Shown: one piece after another, positions 41,599 through 50,049 of the stretch
Position numbering within the stretch: the stretch's first letter is position 1
Layout of the letters: each line of letters begins with the position of its first letter
From: an uncultured Solirubrobacterales bacterium
GTDB taxonomy: Bacteria > Actinomycetota > Thermoleophilia > Solirubrobacterales > 70-9
NCBI GenBank assembly: GCA_963740555.1
Contig: CAVUES010000007.1
Span: forward strand, 79,310 to 143,309
Reading direction: 5' to 3'
DNA length: 64,000 nt
Position numbers and translations under genes: made by a program
Notes under the pieces: model-generated
Told to the model about the DNA's origin: nothing
What the model saw: the letters and a program-made list of their open reading frames with translations, nothing else
Database searches by the model: none

Positions 41599-41847
41599 AT
41601 GGCGAAGCGAGATCCACGTATGGTCGCCCTCGGATACGGCCGGTTTGTGCGCGCCGACCGGGTCTTCGCTCTGGTTCCCCTGGGGCCCGACGAGCGCGGA
41701 GAGGGCCGCCGCACCTACGTCCACGTCGATGGGATGGCGGAGCCGCTGGTCGCCTCGCGCTCGGAGAAGGCGATCCTTGCCGACGTCGAGACGGCGCTTA
41801 CCGAGGCGGCCGGGATTCCCCGCCGCCGTCGCAAGGACCAGGAGTAG
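41599..41847 (+). CDS. DUF370 / RemA-like small DNA-binding protein
   Basis: MVALGYGRFVRADRVFALVP...LVASRSEKAIL resembles the RemA pattern INIGFGNxVxANRVIAIVSP...S. Start ATG at 41599. Confidence 0.6.
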   Translation: MAKRDPRMVALGYGRFVRADRVFALVPLGPDERGEGRRTYVHVDGMAEPLVASRSEKAILADVETALTEAAGIPRRRRKDQE

Positions 41848-42289
41848 AGCCGCCAATGGCGGAGCGACTGAGGATCACGAGCGGAATCTGGCGCTCGGTG
41901 CGTGCCTGGTAGTTGGCGTAGTCGCCGTACATCTCGACCAGGCGCGGCCAGAGCCTCTCCCTCTCCCCCTCCGAGGCGACCCGGACGCTTACCCGGCGCC
42001 TCTCGCCTCCGACCTCGACCGTGGTCTCAGGCATCTCGCGCAGGTTGAGGAACCACGAGGGGTGCTTGTGTGAGCCTCCCTTCGACCCGACGACGACCAG
42101 GTCGTCCCCGTCGTCGAGATACAGCAACGGGCTGACCCGCTCCCGGCCGCTCTTGCGTCCCGTGTGGTGCAGCAGCAGCACCGGCGCGCCGCGATAGGTA
42201 CCGCCGACCTTGCCGTGGCTGAGCCTGTAGGTCGCGACGTGCACTCTGGTGAACTCGTTCCAGAGCGTCCATTGCCAGGTCCAAGCCAT
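41798..42289 (-). CDS. Deazaflavin (F420)-dependent nitroreductase family (DDN-like) oxidoreductase
   Basis: LLLHHTGRKSGRERVSPLLYL..LVVVGSKGGSHKHPSWFLNL..LWPRLVEMYGDYANYQARTERQIPLVIL. The 3' end overlaps the remA-like gene by 50 nt (convergent). Confidence 0.8.
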   Translation of the reverse strand: MAWTWQWTLWNEFTRVHVATYRLSHGKVGGTYRGAPVLLLHHTGRKSGRERVSPLLYLDDGDDLVVVGSKGGSHKHPSWFLNLREMPETTVEVGGERRRVSVRVASEGERERLWPRLVEMYGDYANYQARTERQIPLVILSRSAIGGSTPGPCDGGGESRPPR

Positions 42290-42326
42290 GGCCGCATTAT
42301 CGGCCAGCCGCACCCCGCGGGCAATC

Positions 42327-42386
42327 ACTTGCGGCAGCCTTCGGCCGCCTGACCAGCTCGTGCCGCGACACCTTGTGTCGCGGCCC
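42327..42386 (-). repeat. Double-hairpin repeat, copy E1
   Basis: The plus strand reads CACTTGCGGCAGCCTTCGGCCGCCTGACCAGCTCGTGCCGCGACACCTTGTGTCGCGGCC. Confidence 0.85.
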
Positions 42387-42409
42387 GGAATAACCTCACG
42401 CCTCCACGG

Positions 42410-42468
42410 ACTTGCGGCGGCCTTTGGCCGCCTGACATGCATCTGCCGCTCCACTTCGTTTCGCGGCC
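42410..42468 (-). repeat. Double-hairpin repeat, copy E2 (tandem with E1; hairpin 1 is degenerate)
   Basis: The plus strand reads ACTTGCGGCGGCCTTTGGCCGCCTGACATGCATCTGCCGCTCCACTTCGTTTCGCGGCC. It ends 5 nt before the metG ATG. Confidence 0.75.
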
Positions 42469-42472
42469 CAAC

Positions 42473-43984
42473 ATGACCTACTACGTCACCACGCCGATCT
42501 ACTACGTCAACGGCGATCCGCATCTCGGGCATGCCTACTCGACGATGGCCGCCGACGTGCTGGCGCGCCACATGCGCCAGCGCGGCGAGGACGTCTTCTT
42601 TCTCACCGGCACCGACGAGCACGGTGAGCCGATCGAGCTGGCTGCGGAGAAGGAAGGAATCACCCCGCAGGAGCTGGCCGACCGCAACGCGCCCAAGTTC
42701 GAGCAGATGGCGCAGCGAATCGAGGCCACCAACGACTTCTTCATCCGCACCTCCGACCCCCGCCACGAGGCCAAGGTCGCCGAGATCATGCAGCGCGTCC
42801 ACGACAACGGCCATGTCTACGAGGGCACGTACGAGGGTTGGTACTGCCCGCGCGGCGGCGAGTTCTACACCGAGCGCGAGCTGGGGCCCGGCAACACCTG
42901 CCCGATCCACGAGATCCCGCTCGAGCGCGAGAAGGAGGAGAACTGGTTCTTCCGGCTCTCCTCGTTTCAGGAGCAGCTCGAGCGCCTCTACGAGGAGCGC
43001 CCCGACTTCGTCGTCCCCGATTTCCGCCGCAACGAGGCGGTGTCGTTCATCAAGCAGGGATTGGAGGACGTGTCGCTGTCGCGCGCCCGATTGAAATGGG
43101 GGATGGAGCTTCCCTGGGACCCGAGCCAGCGCATGTACGTCTGGTTCGACGCCCTGCTCAACTACGTCACAGCGCTGAGCTTCGCCCGCGAGGGCGAGGA
43201 CCTGACCGATCGCTACTGGCCCGCCGACTACCACGTGCTGGCCAAGGACATCCTCAAGTTTCACGCCGTGATCTGGCCGGCCCTGCTGATGGCCGCCGGT
43301 TATGAGCCACCGAAGCGGATGGTGATCCACGGCTACCTGCTGATGGGGGAGCGCAAGATGTCGAAGTCGCTCGGCAACGTGCTCGATCCCGACGTCGTGA
43401 TCGATCGCTTCGGCGCCGATGCGCTGCGCTACTACTGCTTTCGCGAAGTCAGCTTCGGTCAGGACGGATCGGTCTCGGCGGCCGGCTTCGAGACCCGCTA
43501 CGAGACCGAGCTCGCCAACGAGTACGGCAACCTCGCCAACCGCACGCTGGCGATGATCGACCGCTACCGCGATGGCGTCGTGCCCGCCGGCGACGTTGGT
43601 CCGCACCTCGCCGGGGATTTCGATGGGGTCGTCGAGCGAGTTCGCGACCTCCTCGACCATGCCGAGCTGAGCCGGGCACTGGAGGAGATCTGGAAGCTGG
43701 TGCGGCGCTTGAACCAGTACGTCGAGGAGTCGCGCCCCTGGGACCTTGCCAAGGAGGAGTCGCAGACGGCGGATCTCGATCGCGTTCTCTACAACCTCGC
43801 GGAGGGCCTGCGGACGACGACGCTGCTGCTCTATCCCTATCTGCCCGACAGCGCCGGGCGGCTGCTCGACGCGCTCGGCGAGCCGGAACGGGTGCTCGCC
43901 GCCGCGGAGCTGGGTTCGCACTCCGGGGGCCAGCGGATCGAGAGGCTGCCTCCACTCTTTCCCAAGCTCGAGGACCCCGCCTGA
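42473..43984 (+). CDS. metG: Methionine--tRNA ligase (short form)
   Basis: MTYYVTTPIYYVNGDPHLGHAY (HIGH motif), the zinc-knuckle region CPRGGEFYTE..CPIH, and the KMSKS motif. Confidence 0.95.
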   Translation: MTYYVTTPIYYVNGDPHLGHAYSTMAADVLARHMRQRGEDVFFLTGTDEHGEPIELAAEKEGITPQELADRNAPKFEQMAQRIEATNDFFIRTSDPRHEAKVAEIMQRVHDNGHVYEGTYEGWYCPRGGEFYTERELGPGNTCPIHEIPLEREKEENWFFRLSSFQEQLERLYEERPDFVVPDFRRNEAVSFIKQGLEDVSLSRARLKWGMELPWDPSQRMYVWFDALLNYVTALSFAREGEDLTDRYWPADYHVLAKDILKFHAVIWPALLMAAGYEPPKRMVIHGYLLMGERKMSKSLGNVLDPDVVIDRFGADALRYYCFREVSFGQDGSVSAAGFETRYETELANEYGNLANRTLAMIDRYRDGVVPAGDVGPHLAGDFDGVVERVRDLLDHAELSRALEEIWKLVRRLNQYVEESRPWDLAKEESQTADLDRVLYNLAEGLRTTTLLLYPYLPDSAGRLLDALGEPERVLAAAELGSHSGGQRIERLPPLFPKLEDPA

Positions 43985-44081
43985 CCGATCCGTCAGTTTC
44001 GGCTCCGGAACACGGTTATTGGCGCGGCCGGGTCGCAAAACCGGATAGCCTCCCGAAATCGGCTGCCCGAAGGGAGGCAAC

Positions 44082-44501
44082 TTGAAGAAAATTGCGGCTA
44101 CGGTCATCGCTGGCGTTCTGCTCGCCGCGGTTCCTGCGATCGCCAAGCAGACGAGCGACTCGGCTCCGGTGACCCACGGCTTTCTGACCATCGGGGGACC
44201 GAAGCGGCTGGCGCCGCAGAAGAACCTTCGCGTGCCGATTAGCTGTGCCGTCGCCTGCAAGACGAAGGCGTTGACGACCTTGACCACGCCGAGCGACAAG
44301 ATCGGGCCCGACAAGGCGCACGGGCATCTCGGCGCCGGCGTGTCACGGAAGCTCGTAGTGACGCTCAACGATGAGGCGAAGGGGGATATCGAGGCACACC
44401 CCAATTCGCGCCTGCGAGTAGTCGTGTCCGCGGTCAGCAACGACAGCGGCGAGCACGTACACGCCGTGAAGGTCTTCCAGTTCACGAGCGCCAAGCCCTA
44501 G
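44082..44501 (+). CDS. Hypothetical secreted protein
   Basis: TTG start is preceded by GGGAGG. Signal peptide MKKIAATVIAGVLLAAVPAIA. No family recognised. Confidence 0.6.
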   Translation: MKKIAATVIAGVLLAAVPAIAKQTSDSAPVTHGFLTIGGPKRLAPQKNLRVPISCAVACKTKALTTLTTPSDKIGPDKAHGHLGAGVSRKLVVTLNDEAKGDIEAHPNSRLRVVVSAVSNDSGEHVHAVKVFQFTSAKP

Positions 44502-44596
44502 CCGAGAGGCTCGGGACGCGGTCCTAGACTGCGTCCCGTGAGCGCGAGGCTCATCAAAAGAGCTTGGCCGCGGGTCGAGCGCGAACTCCGGTTGTG

Positions 44597-45373
44597 ATGG
44601 TCGACACGCACGCGCACCTGTCGATCTGCGAGCCGCCCGACGAGGAGCTGGTGGCGGCGGCGCGCGCGGCGGGGGTGCGCAGAATCCTCACCGTGGGGCT
44701 TGACGAGACCTCCAACCGGCGGGCGATAGAGGCTGCCGAGGCGCACGAGGAGGTGTTCGCGAGCGTCGGGCGCCATCCGAACTCCGCCACCGGGTTCGAT
44801 GACGACGCAGCGGCCGACATCGAGGCCCTCGCCGCCCACCCGCGCGTGCGGGCGATCGGCGAGACGGGGCTCGACTATTACCGAGATAGCGCCCCGCGCG
44901 ACGAGCAGCGGCGTGCCTTCGAGGCGCAGATCGAGATCGCCGGCCGGCTCGAGCTGCCTTTGGTCGTCCACCTGCGCGATCTCGAGGACCGCGATCGAGA
45001 CGACGGTGCCGTCACCGACGCCTTCTCCATGCTCGAAGGGCTGGCTGACGGGCTGGCGATCGTCCTGCATTGCTTCTCGGCGCCGTCGAGGGCCGCCGAA
45101 GCGGCCGAGCGAGGCTGGTACTGCTCGTTCGCCGGCAACGTCACCTATCCGAAGTCCGGGGCCCTGCGCGAGGCGGCGGCCGAGGTGCCCGACGAGCTGC
45201 TGCTGGTCGAGACAGACGCCCCGTTCCTCGCCCCGCAGCCGCTGCGCGGCAAGCCCAACTCGCCGGCCAACGTGGTTGCCACCGCGCGGGTGGTCGCAGA
45301 GGCCAGGGAGGCGAGCTACGAGCAGCTCGATCGCGCGGTCGAGGCCAATGCCGCGCGGGCCTTCGGATGGTGA
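44597..45373 (+). CDS. tatD: TatD-family metal-dependent hydrolase (DNase)
   Basis: MVDTHAHL, GETGLDYY, HCFS and ETDAPFL motifs. The start could be GTG 44594 or the ORF start at 44564. Confidence 0.9.
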   Translation: MVDTHAHLSICEPPDEELVAAARAAGVRRILTVGLDETSNRRAIEAAEAHEEVFASVGRHPNSATGFDDDAAADIEALAAHPRVRAIGETGLDYYRDSAPRDEQRRAFEAQIEIAGRLELPLVVHLRDLEDRDRDDGAVTDAFSMLEGLADGLAIVLHCFSAPSRAAEAAERGWYCSFAGNVTYPKSGALREAAAEVPDELLLVETDAPFLAPQPLRGKPNSPANVVATARVVAEAREASYEQLDRAVEANAARAFGW

Positions 45374-46167
45374 CCCCGGCCCGCTCGCGCCGCCAGCGGC
45401 GGCTCGGTCAGAACTTCCTCGCCGACCCCAACCTGCTGGAGGCGATCGTGCGCGAATCGGAGCTCGAGCCGGGCGACGTGGCGCTGGAGTTCGGGGCCGG
45501 TGGCGGGGCGCTCAGCGAGCGCCTCGCCGAGCGCGCCGCCCACCTGCACTCGGTCGAGGTCGATCGCCGGCTGGAGGAGGAGCTTGCGCCGCTGGGCGCC
45601 CGGCCCAACGTCACCCTGCATTGGGGCGACGCGATGAAGCTCGACCTGGCCGCGTTCGAGCCGGCGCCCGGAATCGTCGTCTCCAACCTTCCCTACTCGG
45701 TCGCGACGCCGCTGATCCTGCGCACGATCGAGGAGCTTCCGGGGGTCGACAGATGGACGGTGATGGTGCAGCTCGAGGTCGCCGAACGGCTGCGGGCGGC
45801 GCCCGGCGGCCGGGTCTACGGCGCGCCATCTGTCCTCGTTCAGCTCGCCGCCGAGGTCGAGCTGATGCGCCGGGTCCCGCCGGAGGTATTCGTGCCGCGG
45901 CCGCGGGTCGAATCGGCGGTCCTGCGCTTGCGGCGCACGGGCGCGGCGGCCCCGCGGGACCTGCGCCAGCTCGTCCGCGACGCGTTCGCCCACCGGCGTA
46001 AGTCGCTGGCCCGCTCGCTGGAGCTGGCCCGGACCGGGCGTCTCGACGCGGTTCGCCAGGCGCTTCGCGAGCTGGACCTGCCCGAGGACGCCCGCGCAGA
46101 AACCCTCTCTCCTGAAGAGTTCGCCGCCCTCGCCTCGAAGCTCCCCCGGATGACGAATGACAAATGA
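45367..46167 (+). CDS. rsmA: 16S rRNA (adenine1518/1519-N6)-dimethyltransferase
   Basis: LGQNFLADPNLL, the EFGAGGGALSERL SAM motif and VSNLPYSVATP. The ATG overlaps the end of tatD. Confidence 0.9.
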   Translation: MVTPARSRRQRRLGQNFLADPNLLEAIVRESELEPGDVALEFGAGGGALSERLAERAAHLHSVEVDRRLEEELAPLGARPNVTLHWGDAMKLDLAAFEPAPGIVVSNLPYSVATPLILRTIEELPGVDRWTVMVQLEVAERLRAAPGGRVYGAPSVLVQLAAEVELMRRVPPEVFVPRPRVESAVLRLRRTGAAAPRDLRQLVRDAFAHRRKSLARSLELARTGRLDAVRQALRELDLPEDARAETLSPEEFAALASKLPRMTNDK

Positions 46168-46184
46168 CGACCGACGAATGACGG
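46150..46184. repeat. Five tandem heptads (ATGACGA ATGACAA ATGACGA CCGACGA ATGACGG) spanning the rsmA stop, ending 8 nt before the ispE GTG
   Basis: Read directly from the sequence. An AT-enriched 7-nt periodic repeat in a GC-rich genome. A related array lies upstream of clpP. Confidence 0.7.
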
Positions 46185-46191
46185 GCGATCC

Positions 46192-47016
46192 GTGATCCTC
46201 GAAGCGCCCGCCAAGCTGAACCTCTGCCTCTATGTCGGCCCGCACCGCGACGGCGGCCTGCACGAGATTCGTTCGCTGTTCGAGCCGATCTCGCTCGCCG
46301 ACCAGATCGAGGTCACCGAGGCGGCGGAAGATCGGGTCGTGTGTCCCGAGGTGGGGGGGGAGAACCTTGCCGCCACGGCGCTGGCGGCGCTTCGCGAGCA
46401 CGGTTGGGACGGTCCCCCGGTTCGGGTGGAGATCTCGAAGCGAATCCCGGTGGCCGGCGGGCTGGGCGGAGGGAGCGCCGACGCCGCCGCCGTCCTGCGG
46501 CTCGCCGCCGGTGAGGTCGAGGGCATCGAGGAGGTGGCCGCCGAGCTGGGCGCAGACGTCCCGTCCCAGCTGCGGCCGGCCTTCTCGCTGATCGGCGGTG
46601 CGGGGGAGCGGGTCGAGCCCCTTCCCGCCCCGGGCGAGCACGCGATCGTGCTGCTGCCGCAGCCGCAGGGCCTGTCGACAGCCGACGTGTACGCGGAGGC
46701 CGATCACCTGGGTCTGGGCCGCGACGCCGGCGATCTGGAGGCACTCGCGGGCCGCGTCCGCGAGGCCACGCGGACGGGCGCGAGCCCGCTCGAGTACGAA
46801 CAGCTGCTGATCAACGACCTCGAACCGGCGGCGCTGGCGCTGCGCCCGCAGATCGCGGCGGCGCTCGATGCTCTCAACGCCGCCGGCGCCGTTCGGGCGC
46901 TGATCAGCGGCTCCGGCCCGACCGCCTTCGGACTCTTCGCCGACCTGGACACGGCGCAAGCGGCCGCCGCGAGGCTGGGCCCGGAAGCGATCGTCTGCAC
47001 GCCCGGGTCGCCATGA
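46192..47016 (+). CDS. ispE: 4-diphosphocytidyl-2-C-methyl-D-erythritol kinase
   Basis: APAKLNLCLYVG..R.DG.HEI, the GHMP kinase motif IPVAGGLGGGSADAAA, and SGSGPTAFGLF. Confidence 0.9.
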   Translation: MILEAPAKLNLCLYVGPHRDGGLHEIRSLFEPISLADQIEVTEAAEDRVVCPEVGGENLAATALAALREHGWDGPPVRVEISKRIPVAGGLGGGSADAAAVLRLAAGEVEGIEEVAAELGADVPSQLRPAFSLIGGAGERVEPLPAPGEHAIVLLPQPQGLSTADVYAEADHLGLGRDAGDLEALAGRVREATRTGASPLEYEQLLINDLEPAALALRPQIAAALDALNAAGAVRALISGSGPTAFGLFADLDTAQAAAARLGPEAIVCTPGSP

Positions 47017-48515
47017 GGGTGCCGGAGACAAGACGCGGGCGCCGGCTGCTGCTCGCGCTCGTTGTTCTGGGGGTGATCGGCTTCTGGGTGGTCGTCAACC
47101 GGGTGATCCCCCACAACGACCTCCAGAAGCTGCTCAAGGACGTCTCCAGCGCCCTCGGCGCATGGACCTATCTGCTGGTCGGGGTATTCGCCTTCCTGGA
47201 GACGGGGGCTTTCGTCGGGCTGGTCGTACCGGGCGAGACGGTGATGCTGCTCGGCGGCGCGGTCGCCGGCCAGGGCGAGATCAGCATCTATCTGCTGCTG
47301 GCGATCGCCTGGTTTTCCTGCTGGGCAGGCGACACGACGAGCTTCTTCATCGGCCGGCGCCTCGGCCGCGGCTTCGTCCTGCGCCGGGGGCCATCGGTGG
47401 GAATCAGCAACGAGCGCTTCGCCCAGGTCGAGGACTACTTCGGCCGCCACGGCGGCAAGACGATCCTGGTCGGCCGCTTCATCAGCCTCGTGCGGGCGTT
47501 GGCCCCCTTCGTCGCCGGCAGCTCCGGGATGCGCTACCGGGCCTTCGTCCCCTACAGCATCCTCGGCTGCGGGCTCTGGTCCGCTGCGCACATCCTGATC
47601 GGCTACTTCTTCTCGCGCAGCATCGACACCGCCGCCAGATACGCGGGCCGCGGCGCTTTCGTGTTCGCCACGCTGATCGTGGTCGTCGTCGGGACGGTGG
47701 TCGCTGCGCGCTTCCTGCGCGAGCCGCGCAACCGCGAGCTCAGCGTGGATTGGATGAAGTCGCACTGGGCGACTCGCTGGCTGGTCGGCGTCGGGCGCCG
47801 CCTGCGCCCGCCGGCGAGCTTTCTCTGGGATCGGTTGACGCCCGGTGGCACCTTCGGCCTCGAGTCCACGACCTTGCTCGCGGTGCTCGCGGTGTCCCTC
47901 TTCGCGCTCGTCTCCTACACGGTGGTGATCAACGGCGATCCCGGCCCGACCCCGGGGGACGTGACGGCGCTGAACGTCGCCGAGAGCCTTCAGGTCGGTT
48001 GGCTGACCAGCGTCGCCAAGGTCGTCACCGGGCTGGGCTCGGCGGCGGTGGTATTGCCGCTGGCGACGATTTCGGCGGTCGCGCTCGCCGCCGGGCGCCG
48101 CTGGCCGGAGTTCTGGGTCCTGGTGCTTGGGACGCTGATCGTCTTCGTGGGCGTAGGTGACCTCAAGGACGCCGTCGACCGGCCGCGGCCCGGCGGCGGG
48201 CTTGTCGGGGCTTCGAGCCCCTCGTTTCCGAGCGGTCACGCGGCCCATTCCGTGATCTACCTATGGGGGGCGGTGACGGTGGCGGTGCGGCTGCGTCCGG
48301 GGATGGCGCGCGCGACGGCCCTTGTCGGGGGCGGGATCGCGCTCACGGCGCTGGTCGGACTGTCCCGTGTCTATCTGCACGTCCACTACCTCAGCGACGT
48401 GAGCGCCGGTTGGGCGCTGGGGGTCTCCGCGTACACGCTGTGCGCGCTTGTCGCCCTTGTCGCCGTGCAGTTACGGCAAAATGGTCGAGGTGCTGCTTTC
48501 GAGGATCGGACCTGA
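47013..48515 (+). CDS. DedA-family membrane protein fused to a PAP2 (type 2 phosphatidic acid / undecaprenyl-PP phosphatase-like) domain
   Basis: N-terminal half has DedA motifs (FLETGAFVGLVVPGETV...GRFISLVRALAPFVAGSSGM). C-terminal half has PAP2 motifs KDAVDRPRP, PSGH and SRVYLHVHYLSD. Confidence 0.85.
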   Translation: MRVPETRRGRRLLLALVVLGVIGFWVVVNRVIPHNDLQKLLKDVSSALGAWTYLLVGVFAFLETGAFVGLVVPGETVMLLGGAVAGQGEISIYLLLAIAWFSCWAGDTTSFFIGRRLGRGFVLRRGPSVGISNERFAQVEDYFGRHGGKTILVGRFISLVRALAPFVAGSSGMRYRAFVPYSILGCGLWSAAHILIGYFFSRSIDTAARYAGRGAFVFATLIVVVVGTVVAARFLREPRNRELSVDWMKSHWATRWLVGVGRRLRPPASFLWDRLTPGGTFGLESTTLLAVLAVSLFALVSYTVVINGDPGPTPGDVTALNVAESLQVGWLTSVAKVVTGLGSAAVVLPLATISAVALAAGRRWPEFWVLVLGTLIVFVGVGDLKDAVDRPRPGGGLVGASSPSFPSGHAAHSVIYLWGAVTVAVRLRPGMARATALVGGGIALTALVGLSRVYLHVHYLSDVSAGWALGVSAYTLCALVALVAVQLRQNGRGAAFEDRT

Positions 48516-48768
48516 GGAGCTCTTCCAGCTCTGGAAGTTTCTGGTCAATAACTACCCGCTGGGCTTCGTCGCCGCGGGGGCGGTCAGCCTGGTCGCTTTC
48601 GTCAGCCTGATCCTGGTCCCGGCGGTCGAGTCCTACGGCCGTGCCTGGGAGAAGGTCGCGGCTGGCTTCATGTCGCTGTTCGTGCTCACGACAATGGTTG
48701 CGGTCGGGAGCGTGATCGGCCTGATGGTCTTCTACTACTCGAACGACCTCGTCAACGCGGTGCCCTAG
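48481..48768 (+). CDS. Small two-TM membrane protein, hypothetical
   Basis: ATG at 48481 overlaps the end of the DedA-PAP2 gene. Two hydrophobic helices. No family recognised. Confidence 0.45.
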   Translation: MVEVLLSRIGPEELFQLWKFLVNNYPLGFVAAGAVSLVAFVSLILVPAVESYGRAWEKVAAGFMSLFVLTTMVAVGSVIGLMVFYYSNDLVNAVP

Positions 48769-48810
48769 CGTCGCCGACGCCTGGCTTGCGCGGGCAGCCA
48801 TAATTCCCGG

Positions 48811-50049
48811 GTGCCCGCGGCCCGAGACACGCAGAAAGAGCCTGCAAAGAACCCAGACGGGGGATCGCTGGATGCGCTCGCTGAGGCGGTCGAATCGGGC
48901 GCCGGCCTACCGGCAGTGGCGCGGGCGGCCTCCAAGATCCTCGACGCCTCGGTGGCCCTGATCGACCGCTCCAGCGCCGTGCTGGCGGTCGCGGGCGCCG
49001 CCCGCGACCAGGAGGAGAAGCTGCTCGCCGGCGGGGAGGGAGTTGTCTCGGTCGAGCTGCGGGTCGCCGACGCGTCGGTTGGCGAGTTGCGCTATCGCGC
49101 GGCCGCGACCCCCGACGCGGCGATCGCCCGCATGGTCTCGACCCTGCTCGCATTGGAGCTGGAGCGGGCGCGCTCACCCGAGTGGGCGAGCGAGGAGGCG
49201 GCGGCGGGGTTCGTGCGCGCCGTGCTCGATCGCGAGGTGACCGATCGCGGGGACATCCTCGCTCGCGCCGCCGAGCTCGGTGCGGAGCTCGAGGCCGGAG
49301 CGGGAGTGCTGATCCTGCGGGCGGCGCCGCGAGCCGCCCAGGCGGAGGAGTGGCGCGCGAGGGTGCTGACGTTGGCGCTTCGGGCACTGCGTTCGGCGGC
49401 CCACGGGTGCCTGGCCTCCCTCGAGGGCGGCGACTCGGCCGAGGTTGCCGTGATCGTGCCAGCGGAGGACGACGGGAGGCTGGAGCGCGCCGCGGCGATT
49501 CTCGAGCAGGAGCTGGCCGAAAGCCTGTTCTCCGGATTTCACCTCACGATTGGCTCCAGCCGCCGTGTGGCGGATCCGGTCGACCTCTATCGGGCGGGGA
49601 AGGAGGCGCGGCTCGCCGTGAACGTCGGCGAGGCCGAGGGATGTGCGGTCCTCTCCTTCGAGAACACCGGCGCCTACCGGCTGCTGCTGCCGGCGATGAG
49701 CGAGGACTCGGGCGAGCTGGAGCGCTTCTACGCCGAGACGATCGAGCCTCTGTCGGCTTACGACGAGCAGTACGAGACCGAGCTGGTGACGACGATCGAG
49801 ACCTACCTGGAGAACGACGGCAACGTCGCCGCGACGGCGAAGCAGCTGTTCACCCATCGGCACACGATCCGCTACCGGCTCGAGCGTGCCAAGGAGCTGT
49901 GCGGGCACGACGTCTCCTCGACCGAGGGCCGCGAGAGGCTCGGACTCGGATTGAAGGCGATGCGCGTGCTCGGCATCGCCTCACCTCGCGGACCGGCCCT
50001 GGAGCCGGGCGCCGAGGCGGGTCAGGTTCCGCGCGGCAGTGATGAGTAG
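48811..50049 (+). CDS. PucR/CdaR-family transcriptional regulator
   Basis: The C-terminal PucR HTH (NVAATAKQLFTHRHTIRYRLERAKEL) is preceded by a GGDEF-like/PucR middle region. Confidence 0.85.
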   Translation: MPAARDTQKEPAKNPDGGSLDALAEAVESGAGLPAVARAASKILDASVALIDRSSAVLAVAGAARDQEEKLLAGGEGVVSVELRVADASVGELRYRAAATPDAAIARMVSTLLALELERARSPEWASEEAAAGFVRAVLDREVTDRGDILARAAELGAELEAGAGVLILRAAPRAAQAEEWRARVLTLALRALRSAAHGCLASLEGGDSAEVAVIVPAEDDGRLERAAAILEQELAESLFSGFHLTIGSSRRVADPVDLYRAGKEARLAVNVGEAEGCAVLSFENTGAYRLLLPAMSEDSGELERFYAETIEPLSAYDEQYETELVTTIETYLENDGNVAATAKQLFTHRHTIRYRLERAKELCGHDVSSTEGRERLGLGLKAMRVLGIASPRGPALEPGAEAGQVPRGSDE

